A DNA stretch of 64,000 nucleotides from an uncultured Candidatus Rokubacteria bacterium (GCA_963771355.1 CAVYTA010000006.1:896001-960000); one strand, 5' to 3'. Shown: positions 43,340 through 54,317, numbered from the stretch's first letter. Notes: a model not told the origin generated them from the letters alone. Program-made: numbers and translations.

Positions 43340-44504
43340 AATCGCGAGGAACGAGACGGGAAGGGGACGCGCGAGCAGCGAGTCCGTGGTGCGTCTACGC
43401 CGGGACCCCGAGGGCTGGCTACGGAGCGCGTGGGAAGAGGGAACCCACCCCGTGCTGGCGGCAGGCCTCAGCACGCTCTCCTTTGGTTATCGCGCGGCCT
43501 TGCTGGTCCGCGGGCTGTCCTACGACTGGCGCCTGCTCTCCACTCGGCGTCTGCCCTGTCCGGTAGTCTCGCTCGGCAACTTGACCGTGGGCGGCAGCGG
43601 CAAGACCCCGCTGGTCGAGCTGGCGGCGCTCACGCTGGTCGCCCTCGGTGCCGCCCCCGCCGTGGTGAGCCGCGGTTATGGCCGCTCGACGCGCGGCGTC
43701 TACGTGGTGGCCGACCGTCAGAGCGTGCGGCTCGGGGCACGGGGGGCAGGGGACGAGCCCCTGCTCCTGGCCGAGCGGCTGCCCGGGATCCCCGTGGTGG
43801 TGGGCGAGAACCGTTTCGAGGCCGGGCGCCACGCGGTGGAAACCCTCGGTGCCTCCGTCATCGTGCTCGACGATGGCTTCCAGAATCGCACCATCGCCAA
43901 GTCCCTCGAGATCCTGGTGGTGAGCGCCCGCTCGCCGTGGGGCAATGGCCGTCTCTTTCCAAGCGGTCGCTTGCGCGAGCCCCTCTCCGCACTCCAACGG
44001 GCCCAGCTGGTGGTCGTCACCAATCCGCGCGGGGACGAGGACGTGGAGGCAGTGACGCGCGCGCTGCGGCTGCACGATTCGCCCGCGCCCGTGGCCTCCG
44101 CGCGGTACGAGCCCGTCGAGGCACGCCGCGCCGAGGACGGCGCACGCCTGCCCCTCGCGGACCTGGCGCGGCGGCGGCTGCTCGCCTTCGGCGGGCTCGC
44201 CGCCCCGCGCTCCTTCATGGAAACCGCGCAGGCCCTGGGCATCCCGCTGGCGGGCTTCATCGAGTTCGGCGACCATCACTGGTATACCGACGGCGATCTC
44301 GCGGAGGTGGCGCGGCGGGCGGCGCTCGCGGGCGCCGAGGGCCTCATCACGACCGAGAAGGACGCGATGCGCCTCCGCGATCTCGCGCTGCCGCGCCTCC
44401 CGCTCTGGATCCTCTCGGTGCGCATGGTGCTCGCGACCGGCCAGGCCGCGTGGGTGAACGCGCTCCGCCAGGTCGCCGCACCCGCGCGAACCGGGGGGCA
44501 ATGA
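43326..44504 (+). CDS. lpxK: Tetraacyldisaccharide 4'-kinase
   Basis: GNLTVGGSGKTP, SRGYG, GDEP, LDDGFQ, DHH, TTEKD. Start uncertain. Confidence 0.93.
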   Translation: MASGEIARNETGRGRASSESVVRLRRDPEGWLRSAWEEGTHPVLAAGLSTLSFGYRAALLVRGLSYDWRLLSTRRLPCPVVSLGNLTVGGSGKTPLVELAALTLVALGAAPAVVSRGYGRSTRGVYVVADRQSVRLGARGAGDEPLLLAERLPGIPVVVGENRFEAGRHAVETLGASVIVLDDGFQNRTIAKSLEILVVSARSPWGNGRLFPSGRLREPLSALQRAQLVVVTNPRGDEDVEAVTRALRLHDSPAPVASARYEPVEARRAEDGARLPLADLARRRLLAFGGLAAPRSFMETAQALGIPLAGFIEFGDHHWYTDGDLAEVARRAALAGAEGLITTEKDAMRLRDLALPRLPLWILSVRMVLATGQAAWVNALRQVAAPARTGGQ

Positions 44505-45502
44505 GCGCGGGCGCGGCGCCCGCCGTCGTCGTGCGCGCGCCCAACTGGCTGGGCGACACCGTGATGGCGCAACCGGCCCTGGCCGCCCTTCGCGCGGGCG
44601 CGCCGGACGCCACCATCACCGTGGTGGGCCGCTGGGCCTCCGTGCTGCGCGGGCAGGGCATGGCCGACGCGCTCCTGGACTATCCCGGCGACGGCGGGCG
44701 GGGCCGTTTCGCCCGGGCGCTGGCCGGGGCGCGGCCCGATGTCGCGCTCATCCTGCCGAATTCCTTCGAGGCCGCGCGCGCGGCCCGCCGCTGGCGTGCG
44801 CGCCGCCGCGTGGGCTTCGACACGGACGCGCGCGGCGCGCTGCTCACCGACCGGGTCCCGCTGCCCGAGCCGCGCCGCCATCAGGTGGACGAGTACCGGC
44901 TGCTCGTGGAGGCGCTCGGCATGTCCGCACCCGCGGTGGAACCCCGGCTGTGCCCGCCCTGCGAGCCCGCGCTCGAGGCCGAGGCAGAGGCGCTGCTCGC
45001 CGGTGCCGTATCCGCGGGGGTCCCGCGAGTCGGACTGCATCTCGGCGCCGCCGGAGGCCCCGCCAAGCGTTGGGCAGTGGCGGCCTGGGCAGAGCTGGCG
45101 GAACGTCTCATTCACGATCGGCTCGCCCCGGTGCTGCTCGGCGGTCCCGGGGATGTTGCCGCCGCCGCCGCCGTCCTCCGGCTCGCCGGGCGGGCGCCCG
45201 CGTCGCTGGTGGGCCGCGACCGGCCGGCGCTGCTGCCGCATCTCCTGACGCGGCTTCAGTGCCTCGTGAGCGCGGACACCGGCGTCGCGCACCTGGCCGC
45301 CGCGCTCGGCACCGCCACCGTCACGCTCTTCGGCTCCACCGACCCGAGGCTGAGCGCGCCGCGATCTTCCCGTGCTCTCGTGGTGGCTCCGGGGGCCCCG
45401 TGCGCGCCGTGCTTTCTCGCGGAGTGTCCCATCGAGCATCCCTGCATGCGCGCCATCACCGCCGAGGCCGTCGTGGTCCGCGTGCGGGCCGCCGTCGCGT
45501 GA
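44501..45502 (+). CDS. waaF: LPS heptosyltransferase II (GT9)
   Basis: PNWLGDTVM, LPNSF, GPAKRW, DTGVAHLAAA, CAPC..CPIEHPC. Confidence 0.85.
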   Translation: MSAGAAPAVVVRAPNWLGDTVMAQPALAALRAGAPDATITVVGRWASVLRGQGMADALLDYPGDGGRGRFARALAGARPDVALILPNSFEAARAARRWRARRRVGFDTDARGALLTDRVPLPEPRRHQVDEYRLLVEALGMSAPAVEPRLCPPCEPALEAEAEALLAGAVSAGVPRVGLHLGAAGGPAKRWAVAAWAELAERLIHDRLAPVLLGGPGDVAAAAAVLRLAGRAPASLVGRDRPALLPHLLTRLQCLVSADTGVAHLAAALGTATVTLFGSTDPRLSAPRSSRALVVAPGAPCAPCFLAECPIEHPCMRAITAEAVVVRVRAAVA

Positions 45503-46665
45503 AGACGGTCCTGCATACCGAGTCCTCTCCCGGACTGGGAGGGCAGGAGATCAGGACGCTCACCGAGGCGGGCTGGATCGCCGAGCGGGGGTGGCGCGTG
45601 CTCATCGCGGCCCAGCCCCACGGCCGGCTGCTGCCCCGCGCGCGGGAGCTCGGGCTCGCGGTGGTGGCGCAGCGGATGCGCGGGGCCTGGGACCCCGGCG
45701 CCCTCCTCGGCCTCGTCCAGCTGATCCGTCGGGAGCAGATCGACGTCGTGCACACGCACAGCTCCATCGACGGCTGGCTGGGGGGCATGGCGGCGCGGTT
45801 GACCGGCCGGCCCGTGCTGCGCACCCGGCACGTGTCCATTCCCATCCGCCGCGGCCTCAATCCGGTGTATCGGTGGCTGGCCGACCGCGTGATCACGAGC
45901 GGGGAGGCCATCCGCCAGCTCGTGATCGCCGCCGGCGTACCGCCCGCGCGCGTGGTGGCCATTCCCGCCGGCGTCAAGCTCGACGACTTCGCGGACGGGG
46001 AAGGGGGCGAGGTGGTGCTCCGCTCGCTCGGGCTCGCGGGAGGGCCCCCGCCCGGCGGCCCGACGCCCGGCCCCGACGTTGATCCCATCCGGGGTCCCAT
46101 CCGGAGCAGCCGGGGTCCCATCATCGGGTCGGTGGCCATGTTCCGCGGCTCCAAGGGGCATGACCATCTCCTGGATGCCTTCTCGCGCGTGCACGCCCGG
46201 CGGCCCGACGCCCGACTCCTGCTCGTCGGCGACGGCGGCCGGCGCGAGTGGGCGGAGCGCTTGGCGCGCGAGCGTGGCCTGAGCGAGGCGGTGGTCTTCA
46301 CGGGTTTTCGCACCGACGTGCCCGCGTTGCTCGCGGCCATGGACTGCTTCGTGCTGGCCTCCACGCGCACGGAGGGCGTGCCCCAGTCGCTGCTCCAGGC
46401 CGCCGCGGCCGGCATCCCCCTGGTGGCGAGCCGCATCGGCGGCATCCCCGAGGTGGTGGAGGACGGCGTCACCGGTCTCCTCGTCTCGCCCGAGGACCCC
46501 GCCGCCCTCGCGGCGGCGATCGAGCAGACGCTCGCGGATCCCGCCGCCGCCGCGGCGCGCGCCCGTGCCGGCCGCAAGCGCGCCGAGGAGCGCTTCTCGC
46601 ATTCAGTGGCCATGACCCGGCTGCTCGCGCTCTACGACGAGCTGCTCGCCGCGCGGGGGCGCTGA
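45499..46665 (+). CDS. GT4 glycosyltransferase
   Basis: GGQE, HTHS, KG, EGVPQSLLQA, GGIPEVV. Confidence 0.85.
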   Translation: MKTVLHTESSPGLGGQEIRTLTEAGWIAERGWRVLIAAQPHGRLLPRARELGLAVVAQRMRGAWDPGALLGLVQLIRREQIDVVHTHSSIDGWLGGMAARLTGRPVLRTRHVSIPIRRGLNPVYRWLADRVITSGEAIRQLVIAAGVPPARVVAIPAGVKLDDFADGEGGEVVLRSLGLAGGPPPGGPTPGPDVDPIRGPIRSSRGPIIGSVAMFRGSKGHDHLLDAFSRVHARRPDARLLLVGDGGRREWAERLARERGLSEAVVFTGFRTDVPALLAAMDCFVLASTRTEGVPQSLLQAAAAGIPLVASRIGGIPEVVEDGVTGLLVSPEDPAALAAAIEQTLADPAAAAARARAGRKRAEERFSHSVAMTRLLALYDELLAARGR

Positions 46666-47814
46666 GTGGCGGCACCGGCGCACCGGCGCCTCCGCGTGCT
46701 CCACCTCGTCGCCAATCGCTGGTGGACGGGGAGCGCGGACCCCGTGATCCGGCTGGTGCGAGGGCTCGAAGCGCGCGGCCACCAGGTCCGGCTGGCGCTG
46801 GTGCCCGGGGATCGCTTCGAGGCCAAGGCGCGGGAGGCCGGCATCGAGCCGGTGGCGGGGCTGTCGCTCGACGTGAAGAGCGCGCCGTGGTCCTGGGCCC
46901 GCGATCTGGCGCGGCTGCGCGCTCTCGTGCGGCACGACGCCGTCGACGTGATCCACACCCACCACTCGCACGATCACTGGCTGGGCGCCCTGTCCCGCGG
47001 CGGGGCCGCGCTGGCGCGCACATTCCACAACCACCGCGCGGTGAAGCGGGGGCTCCTGCGGCGCGCGCTCTACCGGCACACCGACGCCGTGCTCGTGGTG
47101 AGCCGCCAGATCGAGGACCGGTGCCGGCTGGCCGGCATCCGTCCCGAGCGCATCTTCCGCGTCAGCGGAGTCATCGATCTGCTCCGCTTCACCGAGAACG
47201 CTGACCCGGCCGGGGTCCGCGGCGAGCTCGGCCTCGACGGCGGCGCGCCAGCGGGCCCCGTCATCGGGACCGTCGCGCGGCTCGCCCACAATCGCGGCCA
47301 CGAGGTGCTCATCCGGGGCTTCCGCCGGCTGCTGCCGCGCTATCCGCGCGCCCGGCTCCTGCTGGTCGGTAAGGGCGAGGCCCGGCCTCGCCTCGAGGCG
47401 CTGGTGCGCGAGCTCGCGCTCGAGCGGGAAATTCTCTTCACCGGCTATCGGGACGCGGATCTCCCCGCCGTGCTCAACGCGCTCGACGCCTTCGTGCTCA
47501 TGGGCGCGGGCTCGGACGAGTCGTGCCGGGCGGCCTTGGAGGCCATGGCCGCCGGGCGCCCGGTGGTGGCCCGAAGGGTCGGCGCGCTGCCGGAGGTGGT
47601 AGAACAGGGGGTGACCGGTCTCCTGGTGGACGACGAGCGGCCCGAATCGGTGGAGGCCGCGCTGGCGACCCTGGCCGGCGATCCGGAGCGGGCGCGGCGC
47701 ATGGGCGAAGCCGGACGCCGGCGCGCGGTGGAAGCGTTCAGCCCGGAGCATCACGCGGAAGAGGTGGAGACCATCTATCTCGAGATCCTGAGGCGTCGGG
47801 GCCGCGCGTCGTGA
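46666..47814 (+). CDS. GT4 glycosyltransferase
   Basis: LEAMAAGRPVV..VGALPEVV..G.TGLLV. Confidence 0.82.
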   Translation: MAAPAHRRLRVLHLVANRWWTGSADPVIRLVRGLEARGHQVRLALVPGDRFEAKAREAGIEPVAGLSLDVKSAPWSWARDLARLRALVRHDAVDVIHTHHSHDHWLGALSRGGAALARTFHNHRAVKRGLLRRALYRHTDAVLVVSRQIEDRCRLAGIRPERIFRVSGVIDLLRFTENADPAGVRGELGLDGGAPAGPVIGTVARLAHNRGHEVLIRGFRRLLPRYPRARLLLVGKGEARPRLEALVRELALEREILFTGYRDADLPAVLNALDAFVLMGAGSDESCRAALEAMAAGRPVVARRVGALPEVVEQGVTGLLVDDERPESVEAALATLAGDPERARRMGEAGRRRAVEAFSPEHHAEEVETIYLEILRRRGRAS

Positions 47815-48944
47815 GGATCCTCCATCTCATGTCGTGCCGGGGCTGGTCCTCGGATGCCTACTGGGCGGCCCGGGTGAGCGTGGAGCTCGAGCGCGCTGGG
47901 CATCAGGTCATCCTCGCCTGCCGCCTCGGTACCGAGGATCAGGTGATCGACCGGGCGCGCGCGGCGGGGGTCCGGCATATCGAGACCCTGAGCTTCCAGG
48001 GCGGCCTGAAGCCCCCATCCGACGCCGCCGACCTGCGGCGGCTGCGCCGGTGGCTGTCCGACGTCGACGTGATCCACGTGCACCGGGGCAAGGAGCACTG
48101 GCTGGCCGCCATCGCCAATCGCCTCGCGAAGAAGCCGCGGCCCCTGGTGCGCACGCGTCACATCGTCCAGGCCGTACGGCCGCACGCGCTGAACCGATGG
48201 CTGTACCGAAAGGCCACCGGCCTCACCGTCACGGTGACCGAGGCGATCCGCCGGCAGTACCTGGCCGCGGAGCTCGCCCCGCCCGAGCGCGTGCTCGCGC
48301 TCCCGGGCGGCGTGGACGCGGAGACCTTTCGTCCCGGCCGCGACGCGCGGCCCTTTCGCCGAGCCATTGGACTGGCTGGTGACGGACCGCTGATCGGGCT
48401 ACTGGGCGGGTTCCGGGTCATGAAGGGCCAGCTCTTCGCGCTGGAGGCGGTGGAGCGGCTGGCGCGTACGGGCCGGTCGTTTCACATGGCGCTGGTGGGG
48501 AGCGGTGCGTTCGACCTGACTATCCGTACCGCGCGAGCGCGAGCGGGGCTCAGCGAGCGCGTGGCCATCGTGGACGACGAGACGGATCCGGTGGAGGCGG
48601 TGGCCGCCTTCGACGTGGCACTCTACGTGCCGCTCGAGTCGGACGGGATGTCGCGTGTGCTCCTGGAGTATCTGGCGGCCGGCCGCGCGGTGGTCGCGAG
48701 CCGCGTGGGGGTGGTGCCCGAGGTGCTGACCGATGGCGAGAACGCCCTGCTGGTGCCGGCGGGGGAGCCGGGACCACTCGCCGAGGCCATCGGGCGGCTC
48801 CTGGGCGACGCCGCTCTCCGCGCGCGGCTGGGAGGGGCGGCCCGCGCGCTGGTCGAGCGACGTCTGTCGGGCGCGCGGGTCGCCCAGACGCTCGCTGCTC
48901 GCTACGCGACACTCGCCTCGGCCCGTCCGGGTCGCCGCGCGTGA
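47811..48944 (+). CDS. GT4 glycosyltransferase
   Basis: MKG, DGMSRVLLEYLAAG, VGVVPEVL. Confidence 0.82.
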   Translation: MRILHLMSCRGWSSDAYWAARVSVELERAGHQVILACRLGTEDQVIDRARAAGVRHIETLSFQGGLKPPSDAADLRRLRRWLSDVDVIHVHRGKEHWLAAIANRLAKKPRPLVRTRHIVQAVRPHALNRWLYRKATGLTVTVTEAIRRQYLAAELAPPERVLALPGGVDAETFRPGRDARPFRRAIGLAGDGPLIGLLGGFRVMKGQLFALEAVERLARTGRSFHMALVGSGAFDLTIRTARARAGLSERVAIVDDETDPVEAVAAFDVALYVPLESDGMSRVLLEYLAAGRAVVASRVGVVPEVLTDGENALLVPAGEPGPLAEAIGRLLGDAALRARLGGAARALVERRLSGARVAQTLAARYATLASARPGRRA

Positions 48945-50080
48945 AGGTCTCCGTCCTCTGCTTCGACCTCTCCGACAATGCGGTGGGGCGGGCGCACCTT
49001 CTCGCGCAGCTGCTGGCGCCCATCGCGGAGGTCGAGGTGGTCGGCCCCCGTGACGGCCCGGGCGTCTGGGCGCCGGTGGCCGCCGACGGGGTGCGCTACG
49101 TCGCGCGGCCGGGCGGCCGGCTGCCACGCTTCGTGGGGACGATTCCCGCGCTGCTCCGCGCCGCCGACGGCGATCTCCTGTACGCGTCCAAGCCGCGCCT
49201 CGGCTCCGCGGGCATCGGTCATCTCAAGCGACTGCTCGGCCGGCGGCCGCTGCTGCTCGACATCGACGACTGGGAAGTGGGCTTCTTCCTCCGGGGGGGC
49301 ACCTGGGGCACCGTCGGCCGCGCGCTGAACCTGGGCAGCCCCAAGGGGCTGCCGTGGACGTGGCTGATGGAGCGTGCGGCGCGCGCCGCCGACGGCATCA
49401 CCGTGGCCTCACGATTTCTCCAGGACCGCTTCGGCGGCGTCCTCATCCCGCACGTGCGAGACACCGACGCGTGGCGCCCCGGGCTCGACGATCCAGCGGC
49501 CCTCCGAGCGCGCCTGGCGCCGCGAGGCGCGTGCCTCGTCATGTTCCTCGGCACCGCGCGCGAGTACAAGGGCGTGGACGATCTCATCGCGGCGATGGAA
49601 GGCCTCCGCCGCCGGGACCTCGCGCTGGCGCTCGTGGGGACGGATCCCGCGAGCCTCGGCGGACGGCGGCTCCTCGCGCGCTATCCGGGCCTGCGGCTCG
49701 TCCCGCCGATCCCGTTCGCCGAGGTACCGCGCTATGTGGAGGCGGCGGACGTGATCGCGATACCCCAGCGGGACAGCCCGGACACCCGCGGTCAGGTGCC
49801 GGCCAAGCTCTTCGACGCCATGGCGATGGCACGGCCCATCGTCTCCACCCGCGTCTCCATGATCCCCGAGATCCTCGAGGGCTGCGGGCTGGTGGTGCCG
49901 CCGAGCGACCCCGCCGCGCTCGGCGCCGCCATCGCGCGCCTCGCCGACGACCGCGCGCTGGCGGTGGAGCTGGGGGCACGGGCTCGGGCGCGCTGCGTCG
50001 CGCGCTATAGCTTCACGGCCGCCCGACGCGACCTGTTTCCCCTGGTGACGGGGCTGGTCGAGCGCCCGACTCCCCGGTGA
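48941..50080 (+). CDS. GT4 glycosyltransferase
   Basis: YKGVDDL, PAKLFDAMAMARPIV. Confidence 0.82.
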   Translation: MKVSVLCFDLSDNAVGRAHLLAQLLAPIAEVEVVGPRDGPGVWAPVAADGVRYVARPGGRLPRFVGTIPALLRAADGDLLYASKPRLGSAGIGHLKRLLGRRPLLLDIDDWEVGFFLRGGTWGTVGRALNLGSPKGLPWTWLMERAARAADGITVASRFLQDRFGGVLIPHVRDTDAWRPGLDDPAALRARLAPRGACLVMFLGTAREYKGVDDLIAAMEGLRRRDLALALVGTDPASLGGRRLLARYPGLRLVPPIPFAEVPRYVEAADVIAIPQRDSPDTRGQVPAKLFDAMAMARPIVSTRVSMIPEILEGCGLVVPPSDPAALGAAIARLADDRALAVELGARARARCVARYSFTAARRDLFPLVTGLVERPTPR

Positions 50081-51180
50081 ATCTCGCCCTCATCTGCCGC
50101 CCGTTCGTTTTTCATGGGGGGGTCGAGACCGCCACCGCGGGGCTGGTGGGCGAGTTGGCGAGGCGCGGCCACGCCGTGGACCTCCTGACCACGCGCGCCC
50201 AGCGGCCCCTTCCCGGCGTCACCGTACGCCTGCTGCCGATGCTCCCCGTGCCGCGCCTCGCGCGAGTGCTCATCTTCGGCCTCGCTGCCCGCGCGGCCAC
50301 GCGCGGGCGCGGCTATGACGTCGTGCAGAGCCATGAGCGCACGCTCGCCGCCGATATCTACCGCGCCGGTGAAGGAACCCACCGGGGCTATCTCGAAGCC
50401 ATGGGGCGTGCCCATCGACAGAGTTCTTACCATCGGCTCCTTATCTATCTAGAAAGACGCTTGTTTCAGCTTCGATCGGCTCAGGCCATCGTGGCCATCT
50501 CCGCCGGGGGGAAAGCCGAGATCGAGCGGCTGTACGGGACGCCGCCTGACCGCGTGACCCTGATCTACAACGGCGTGGATCTCGTGCGCTTCACGCCGGA
50601 CAATCGGGCCCTCCATCGGGCCGCGATGCGCGCCGAGCTCGGCGTGGACGCAGCCGACTGGTGCGTGCTCTTCGTCGGCTCCGGCTTCGAGCGCAAGGGC
50701 CTGGGACCGCTCGTGGAGGCGCTCGCGTCCATCGGCGACCGTCGCGCGCGCCTGATCGTGGCGGGCAAGGGGAACCACGCCCCGTATGCGGCCCAGGCGG
50801 AGAGGCTCGGCCTGCGCGACCGCGTCGTCTGGACCGGGCCGCGCCCCGACGTGGACCGGCTCTACGCCGCCGCCGACCTTGTCGCGCTCCCGGCGCGTTA
50901 CGAGCCCTTCGGCAACGTACACCTCGAGGCCCTCGCCTCGGGTGTTCCCATGCTGTCGAGCGTGCACGCGGGCGGCGCCGAGCTCATCCGGAACGGCGTC
51001 AACGGCTGGGTGGCCGAGGAGGTGAGCGGCCCGCGTATCGCCGAGGGCCTCGAGCGGCTGCGCTCGGCGGACGCAAAAACCCTCGCCGCCCAGGCCCGCG
51101 CCTCGGCGGAACCGTACCCCTATGCCGCCCAGGCCGAGCGGTTCGAGGCCCTGTATCGCCGAAACCCCGCTTTTCATTGA
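50077..51180 (+). CDS. GT4 glycosyltransferase, WaaG/RfaG-like
   Basis: HGGVE, FVGSGFERKG, YEPFGNVHLEALASG. Confidence 0.82.
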   Translation: MNLALICRPFVFHGGVETATAGLVGELARRGHAVDLLTTRAQRPLPGVTVRLLPMLPVPRLARVLIFGLAARAATRGRGYDVVQSHERTLAADIYRAGEGTHRGYLEAMGRAHRQSSYHRLLIYLERRLFQLRSAQAIVAISAGGKAEIERLYGTPPDRVTLIYNGVDLVRFTPDNRALHRAAMRAELGVDAADWCVLFVGSGFERKGLGPLVEALASIGDRRARLIVAGKGNHAPYAAQAERLGLRDRVVWTGPRPDVDRLYAAADLVALPARYEPFGNVHLEALASGVPMLSSVHAGGAELIRNGVNGWVAEEVSGPRIAEGLERLRSADAKTLAAQARASAEPYPYAAQAERFEALYRRNPAFH

Positions 51181-51205
51181 ACCTTCGCCGGGGGAGCATT
51201 ACACT
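51177..51205 (+). promoter_or_regulatory. Putative sigma-70 promoter of gmhB (leaderless)
   Basis: TTGAAC-N17-TACACT, with ATG 51214 8 nt downstream and no SD. Confidence 0.55.
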
Positions 51206-51213
51206 TTCCCTCG

Positions 51214-51795
51214 ATGCCGCACCGCGCCGCCGTCTTCATCGACCGCGACGGCTGCCTCACCGAGGAGGTGGGGTATGTCAATCACGTCAGCCGTATCCGC
51301 CTCCTGCCCCGCACCGCGGAGGCCGTCCGGCGGCTGAATGGGGCCGGCGTGCCGGCGGTCATGGTCACCAATCAGGCCGGTATCGCCCGGGGCTACTTCA
51401 CGGAAGCGCTGCTGCATGCGGCAAACGCCGAGATGGTCCGGCAGCTCGCCGAGGCCGGCGCCCGGCTGGACGGGCTCTACGTGTGTCCCCATCACCCGGA
51501 CGAGGGCGAGCCGCCCTATCGCCTGGTCTGTGACTGCCGCAAGCCGCGCCCCGGTCTCCTCCAGCGCGCCGCGCGCGAGCTGCGCCTCGACCTCGCGGGC
51601 TCGGTGATGGTGGGTGACAAGATCTCCGACGTGGCGGTGGGCCAGTCCGTGGGCGCGGCGGGCGTGCTGGTCCTCACCGGATACGGACGCGGGGAGTGGG
51701 AGCATCAGCGGGCGCAGTGGACGAGCAAGCCCGATCATGTCGCCGAGGACCTGCTCGACGCGGTCGATTGGGCGCTGGCGCGCCGGCACGCCTGA
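51214..51795 (+). CDS. gmhB: D-glycero-D-manno-heptose 1,7-bisphosphate phosphatase
   Basis: DRDG, VTNQAG, CPH...CDCRKP, MVGDK. Confidence 0.92.
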   Translation: MPHRAAVFIDRDGCLTEEVGYVNHVSRIRLLPRTAEAVRRLNGAGVPAVMVTNQAGIARGYFTEALLHAANAEMVRQLAEAGARLDGLYVCPHHPDEGEPPYRLVCDCRKPRPGLLQRAARELRLDLAGSVMVGDKISDVAVGQSVGAAGVLVLTGYGRGEWEHQRAQWTSKPDHVAEDLLDAVDWALARRHA

Positions 51796-52823
51796 TGTTC
51801 TCACCGCGCGCGATCCTGGACGTGGTGGCGCGGCTGCGGGGTCGGCGCATCATCGTCGTTGGCGACCTCATCGCCGATGAGTACCTCTACGGCAAGCCCG
51901 CCCGCATCTCGCGCGAGGCCCCGGTCCTCATCCTGCGCTTCACGGACCGCGAGGTGCGGCTGGGGGGCGGCGCCAATGCCGCCCACAATGTCCGCGCGCT
52001 GGGAGCGCACGCGGTGCCCGTCGGCGTGGTGGGCGACGATGCGGCGGGCGCGGAGATCGCGGGACTCTTCGACCGCGCCGGCATCTCCACCGAGGGGCTG
52101 GTGCGGGCGGCGGGGCGGCGCACGCCGATGAAGACCCGCATCATGGCCGGCGGCTACGAATCGACCCGGCAGCAAGTGGTGCGGCTCGACCGCGAGCCCG
52201 ACCCGATCCTCACCCCCGACGTGGAGGAGCGCCTGCTCGAACGCCTGGCCGGACTCGCGCGGGAGGCCGACGGCTTCGTGCTGTCCGACTATGGCTACGG
52301 CGTGCTGTCCCCCCGCGTGTTCGAGGTGGTGCGCGAGCTGGCGCGGCCGCGCGGCGCCCCGGTGTCGGTGGACAGCCGGTACGATCTCCTCCGCTTCCGC
52401 GGCGCCACCGCGGCGACCCCCAACGAGCCGGAGGTGGAGGCGCTCACCGGGGCCGAGCTCGGCGACGAGCGGACCATCGAGAAAGCGGGGCGACAGGTGC
52501 TGGAGCGGCTCGAGGCCCGCCTGCTCCTCGTCACGCGCGGCAGCCGGGGCATGGCGCTGTTCGAGCGCGACGGGCCGGTCACCTTCATGCCGATCTTCGG
52601 CAGCGATCAGATCGCCGACGTCACCGGGGCGGGCGATACCGTCATCAGCGCCTTCACCACCGCGCTGGCCGCGGGCGCGCTGCCGGCCGAGGCCGCCTGG
52701 CTGGCCAATATCGCGGGGGGCCTGGTGGTCATGAAGCGGGGCACCGCCGCGGTCACGCCCGCGGACTTCGCCCAGGCCCTCGCCACCGAGCCCAGGTCCG
52801 ATGGCCCCGGTCCTCGGAATTGA
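51795..52823 (+). CDS. Heptose-7-phosphate kinase (stand-alone HldE/RfaE domain I)
   Basis: [28 protein letters not shown]. Confidence 0.88.
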   Translation: MFSPRAILDVVARLRGRRIIVVGDLIADEYLYGKPARISREAPVLILRFTDREVRLGGGANAAHNVRALGAHAVPVGVVGDDAAGAEIAGLFDRAGISTEGLVRAAGRRTPMKTRIMAGGYESTRQQVVRLDREPDPILTPDVEERLLERLAGLAREADGFVLSDYGYGVLSPRVFEVVRELARPRGAPVSVDSRYDLLRFRGATAATPNEPEVEALTGAELGDERTIEKAGRQVLERLEARLLLVTRGSRGMALFERDGPVTFMPIFGSDQIADVTGAGDTVISAFTTALAAGALPAEAAWLANIAGGLVVMKRGTAAVTPADFAQALATEPRSDGPGPRN

Positions 52824-53286
52824 GGAGGCTGCCCGCTGGGCGGACGCCCAGCGGCAGGCGGGCCGGCGGATCGTCCTCGCCAACGGCGTCTTCGACCTCC
52901 TGCACGTGGGGCATGTGCGCTACCTGGGGGCGGCCCGCGCGCTCGGCGACGTCCTCGTGGTGGCGCTGAACTCCGATGCCTCCGTGCGCCGGCTCAAGGG
53001 CCAGGGCCGGCCGATCATGAGCGCGGCGGAGCGCGCGGAGCTGGTCGGCGCGCTCAGACCGGTGGACGCAGTGGTCGTCTTCGAGGAGGACACCGTCGAC
53101 CGAGTGGTCGGCGCCCTGCGACCCGACGTGCAGGCCAAGGGCACGGACTATACGGAGGCCACCGTGCCCGAGCGCGCGGCGGTGCTGGCGGCGGGGGGCC
53201 GCGTCGCCATCGCGGGCGATCCCAAGGATCACTCTACGCGAGATCTCATTCGGGCCATTGTCGAGCGCTTCGGAGCCGGCCGGTGA
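52801..53286 (+). CDS. Heptose-1-phosphate adenylyltransferase (stand-alone HldE/RfaE domain II)
   Basis: [34 protein letters not shown]. Confidence 0.9.
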   Translation: MAPVLGIEEAARWADAQRQAGRRIVLANGVFDLLHVGHVRYLGAARALGDVLVVALNSDASVRRLKGQGRPIMSAAERAELVGALRPVDAVVVFEEDTVDRVVGALRPDVQAKGTDYTEATVPERAAVLAAGGRVAIAGDPKDHSTRDLIRAIVERFGAGR

Positions 53287-54317
53287 GGATCGCTCTCGTC
53301 AAGCTCTCCGCGCTGGGCGACGTGATCCACACGCTGCCGGTGGCACGCGCGCTGCGGCGCGCCTATCCCGATGCCGAGCTCAGCTGGCTGGTGGAGGCGC
53401 GCGAGGCGGCCGTGCTGCGCGAGCACCCCGATCTCGACCACGTCATCCCCGTGGACACCCGCGGCTGGCGCCGCCGGCATGGTGCGGCGGGGGCGGGGAG
53501 CTTCTGGTCCGGCCTGCGTGCGCTGCGCGGGCAGCTGCGGATTCGCCGCTTCGACGTCGCGGTGGACGCGCAGGGCCTCCTCAAGAGCGGCCTCATCACG
53601 CGACTCACCGGCGCGCCGGTTCGCGTCGGCTTTGGCGCCGCGCGATGCAAAGAGCGGCTCAGCGCGCTCTTCACCAACCGGCACGTGATCCCGCCCCCCG
53701 GCGCCACCCACGTGGTGGATCAGAACCTCGCGCTCCTGGGCGCGCTCGGCGTCGCCGCCGGCGCGCCCGAGTTCCTGATCCCGCCGCGCCCGGACGCCCA
53801 GCGCCGCATGGACGAGTTCCTGGTCGAGGCGGGCTGGAAGCCGGGCGACCGCCTGGTGGCCCTCAATCCCGGCGCGGGACAGCCCGGAAAACAGTGGGCG
53901 CCGGAGCGCTTCGCCGCCGTGGGCGAGCGGCTCGGCGCGGAGGCGGCCGCCCGCGTGCTGCTGCTCTGGGGACCGGCCGAATCGCATCTGGCGCGGCAGA
54001 TCGCGCTCGGCATGCGCGGCGCGGGCAGCGCGGCCGCGCGCCCGCTGCTGGCGCCCCCCACCGATCTCGACGAGCTGACCGCGCTCCTCCGTCGCACGCA
54101 CCTGATGGTCGCCGGGGACACCGGGCCGCTGCATCTGGCCGCCGCGCTCGGCACGCCCGCGCTGGGTCTCTTCGGCCCCACCAGCGCCGCGCGCAATGGC
54201 CCCTATGGCCCGCGGTGCCGCGGGCTGCAGAGCCCCGACGGGACCATGGGCGGGCTCACGCCGGAAGTGGTTCTCGCCGCCGCCGTCACGCTCCTGGAGG
54301 GAGGCGGCACGCGGTGA
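53283..54317 (+). CDS. waaC: LPS heptosyltransferase I (GT9)
   Basis: [37 protein letters not shown]. Confidence 0.85.
   Translation: MRIALVKLSALGDVIHTLPVARALRRAYPDAELSWLVEAREAAVLREHPDLDHVIPVDTRGWRRRHGAAGAGSFWSGLRALRGQLRIRRFDVAVDAQGLLKSGLITRLTGAPVRVGFGAARCKERLSALFTNRHVIPPPGATHVVDQNLALLGALGVAAGAPEFLIPPRPDAQRRMDEFLVEAGWKPGDRLVALNPGAGQPGKQWAPERFAAVGERLGAEAAARVLLLWGPAESHLARQIALGMRGAGSAAARPLLAPPTDLDELTALLRRTHLMVAGDTGPLHLAAALGTPALGLFGPTSAARNGPYGPRCRGLQSPDGTMGGLTPEVVLAAAVTLLEGGGTR

Noticed and set aside
50420..50475. AT-richer patch within a GT4 gene as foreign DNA or internal promoter
   Set aside because: Too short, in frame, no mobile-element marks and no convincing -35/-10 pair.
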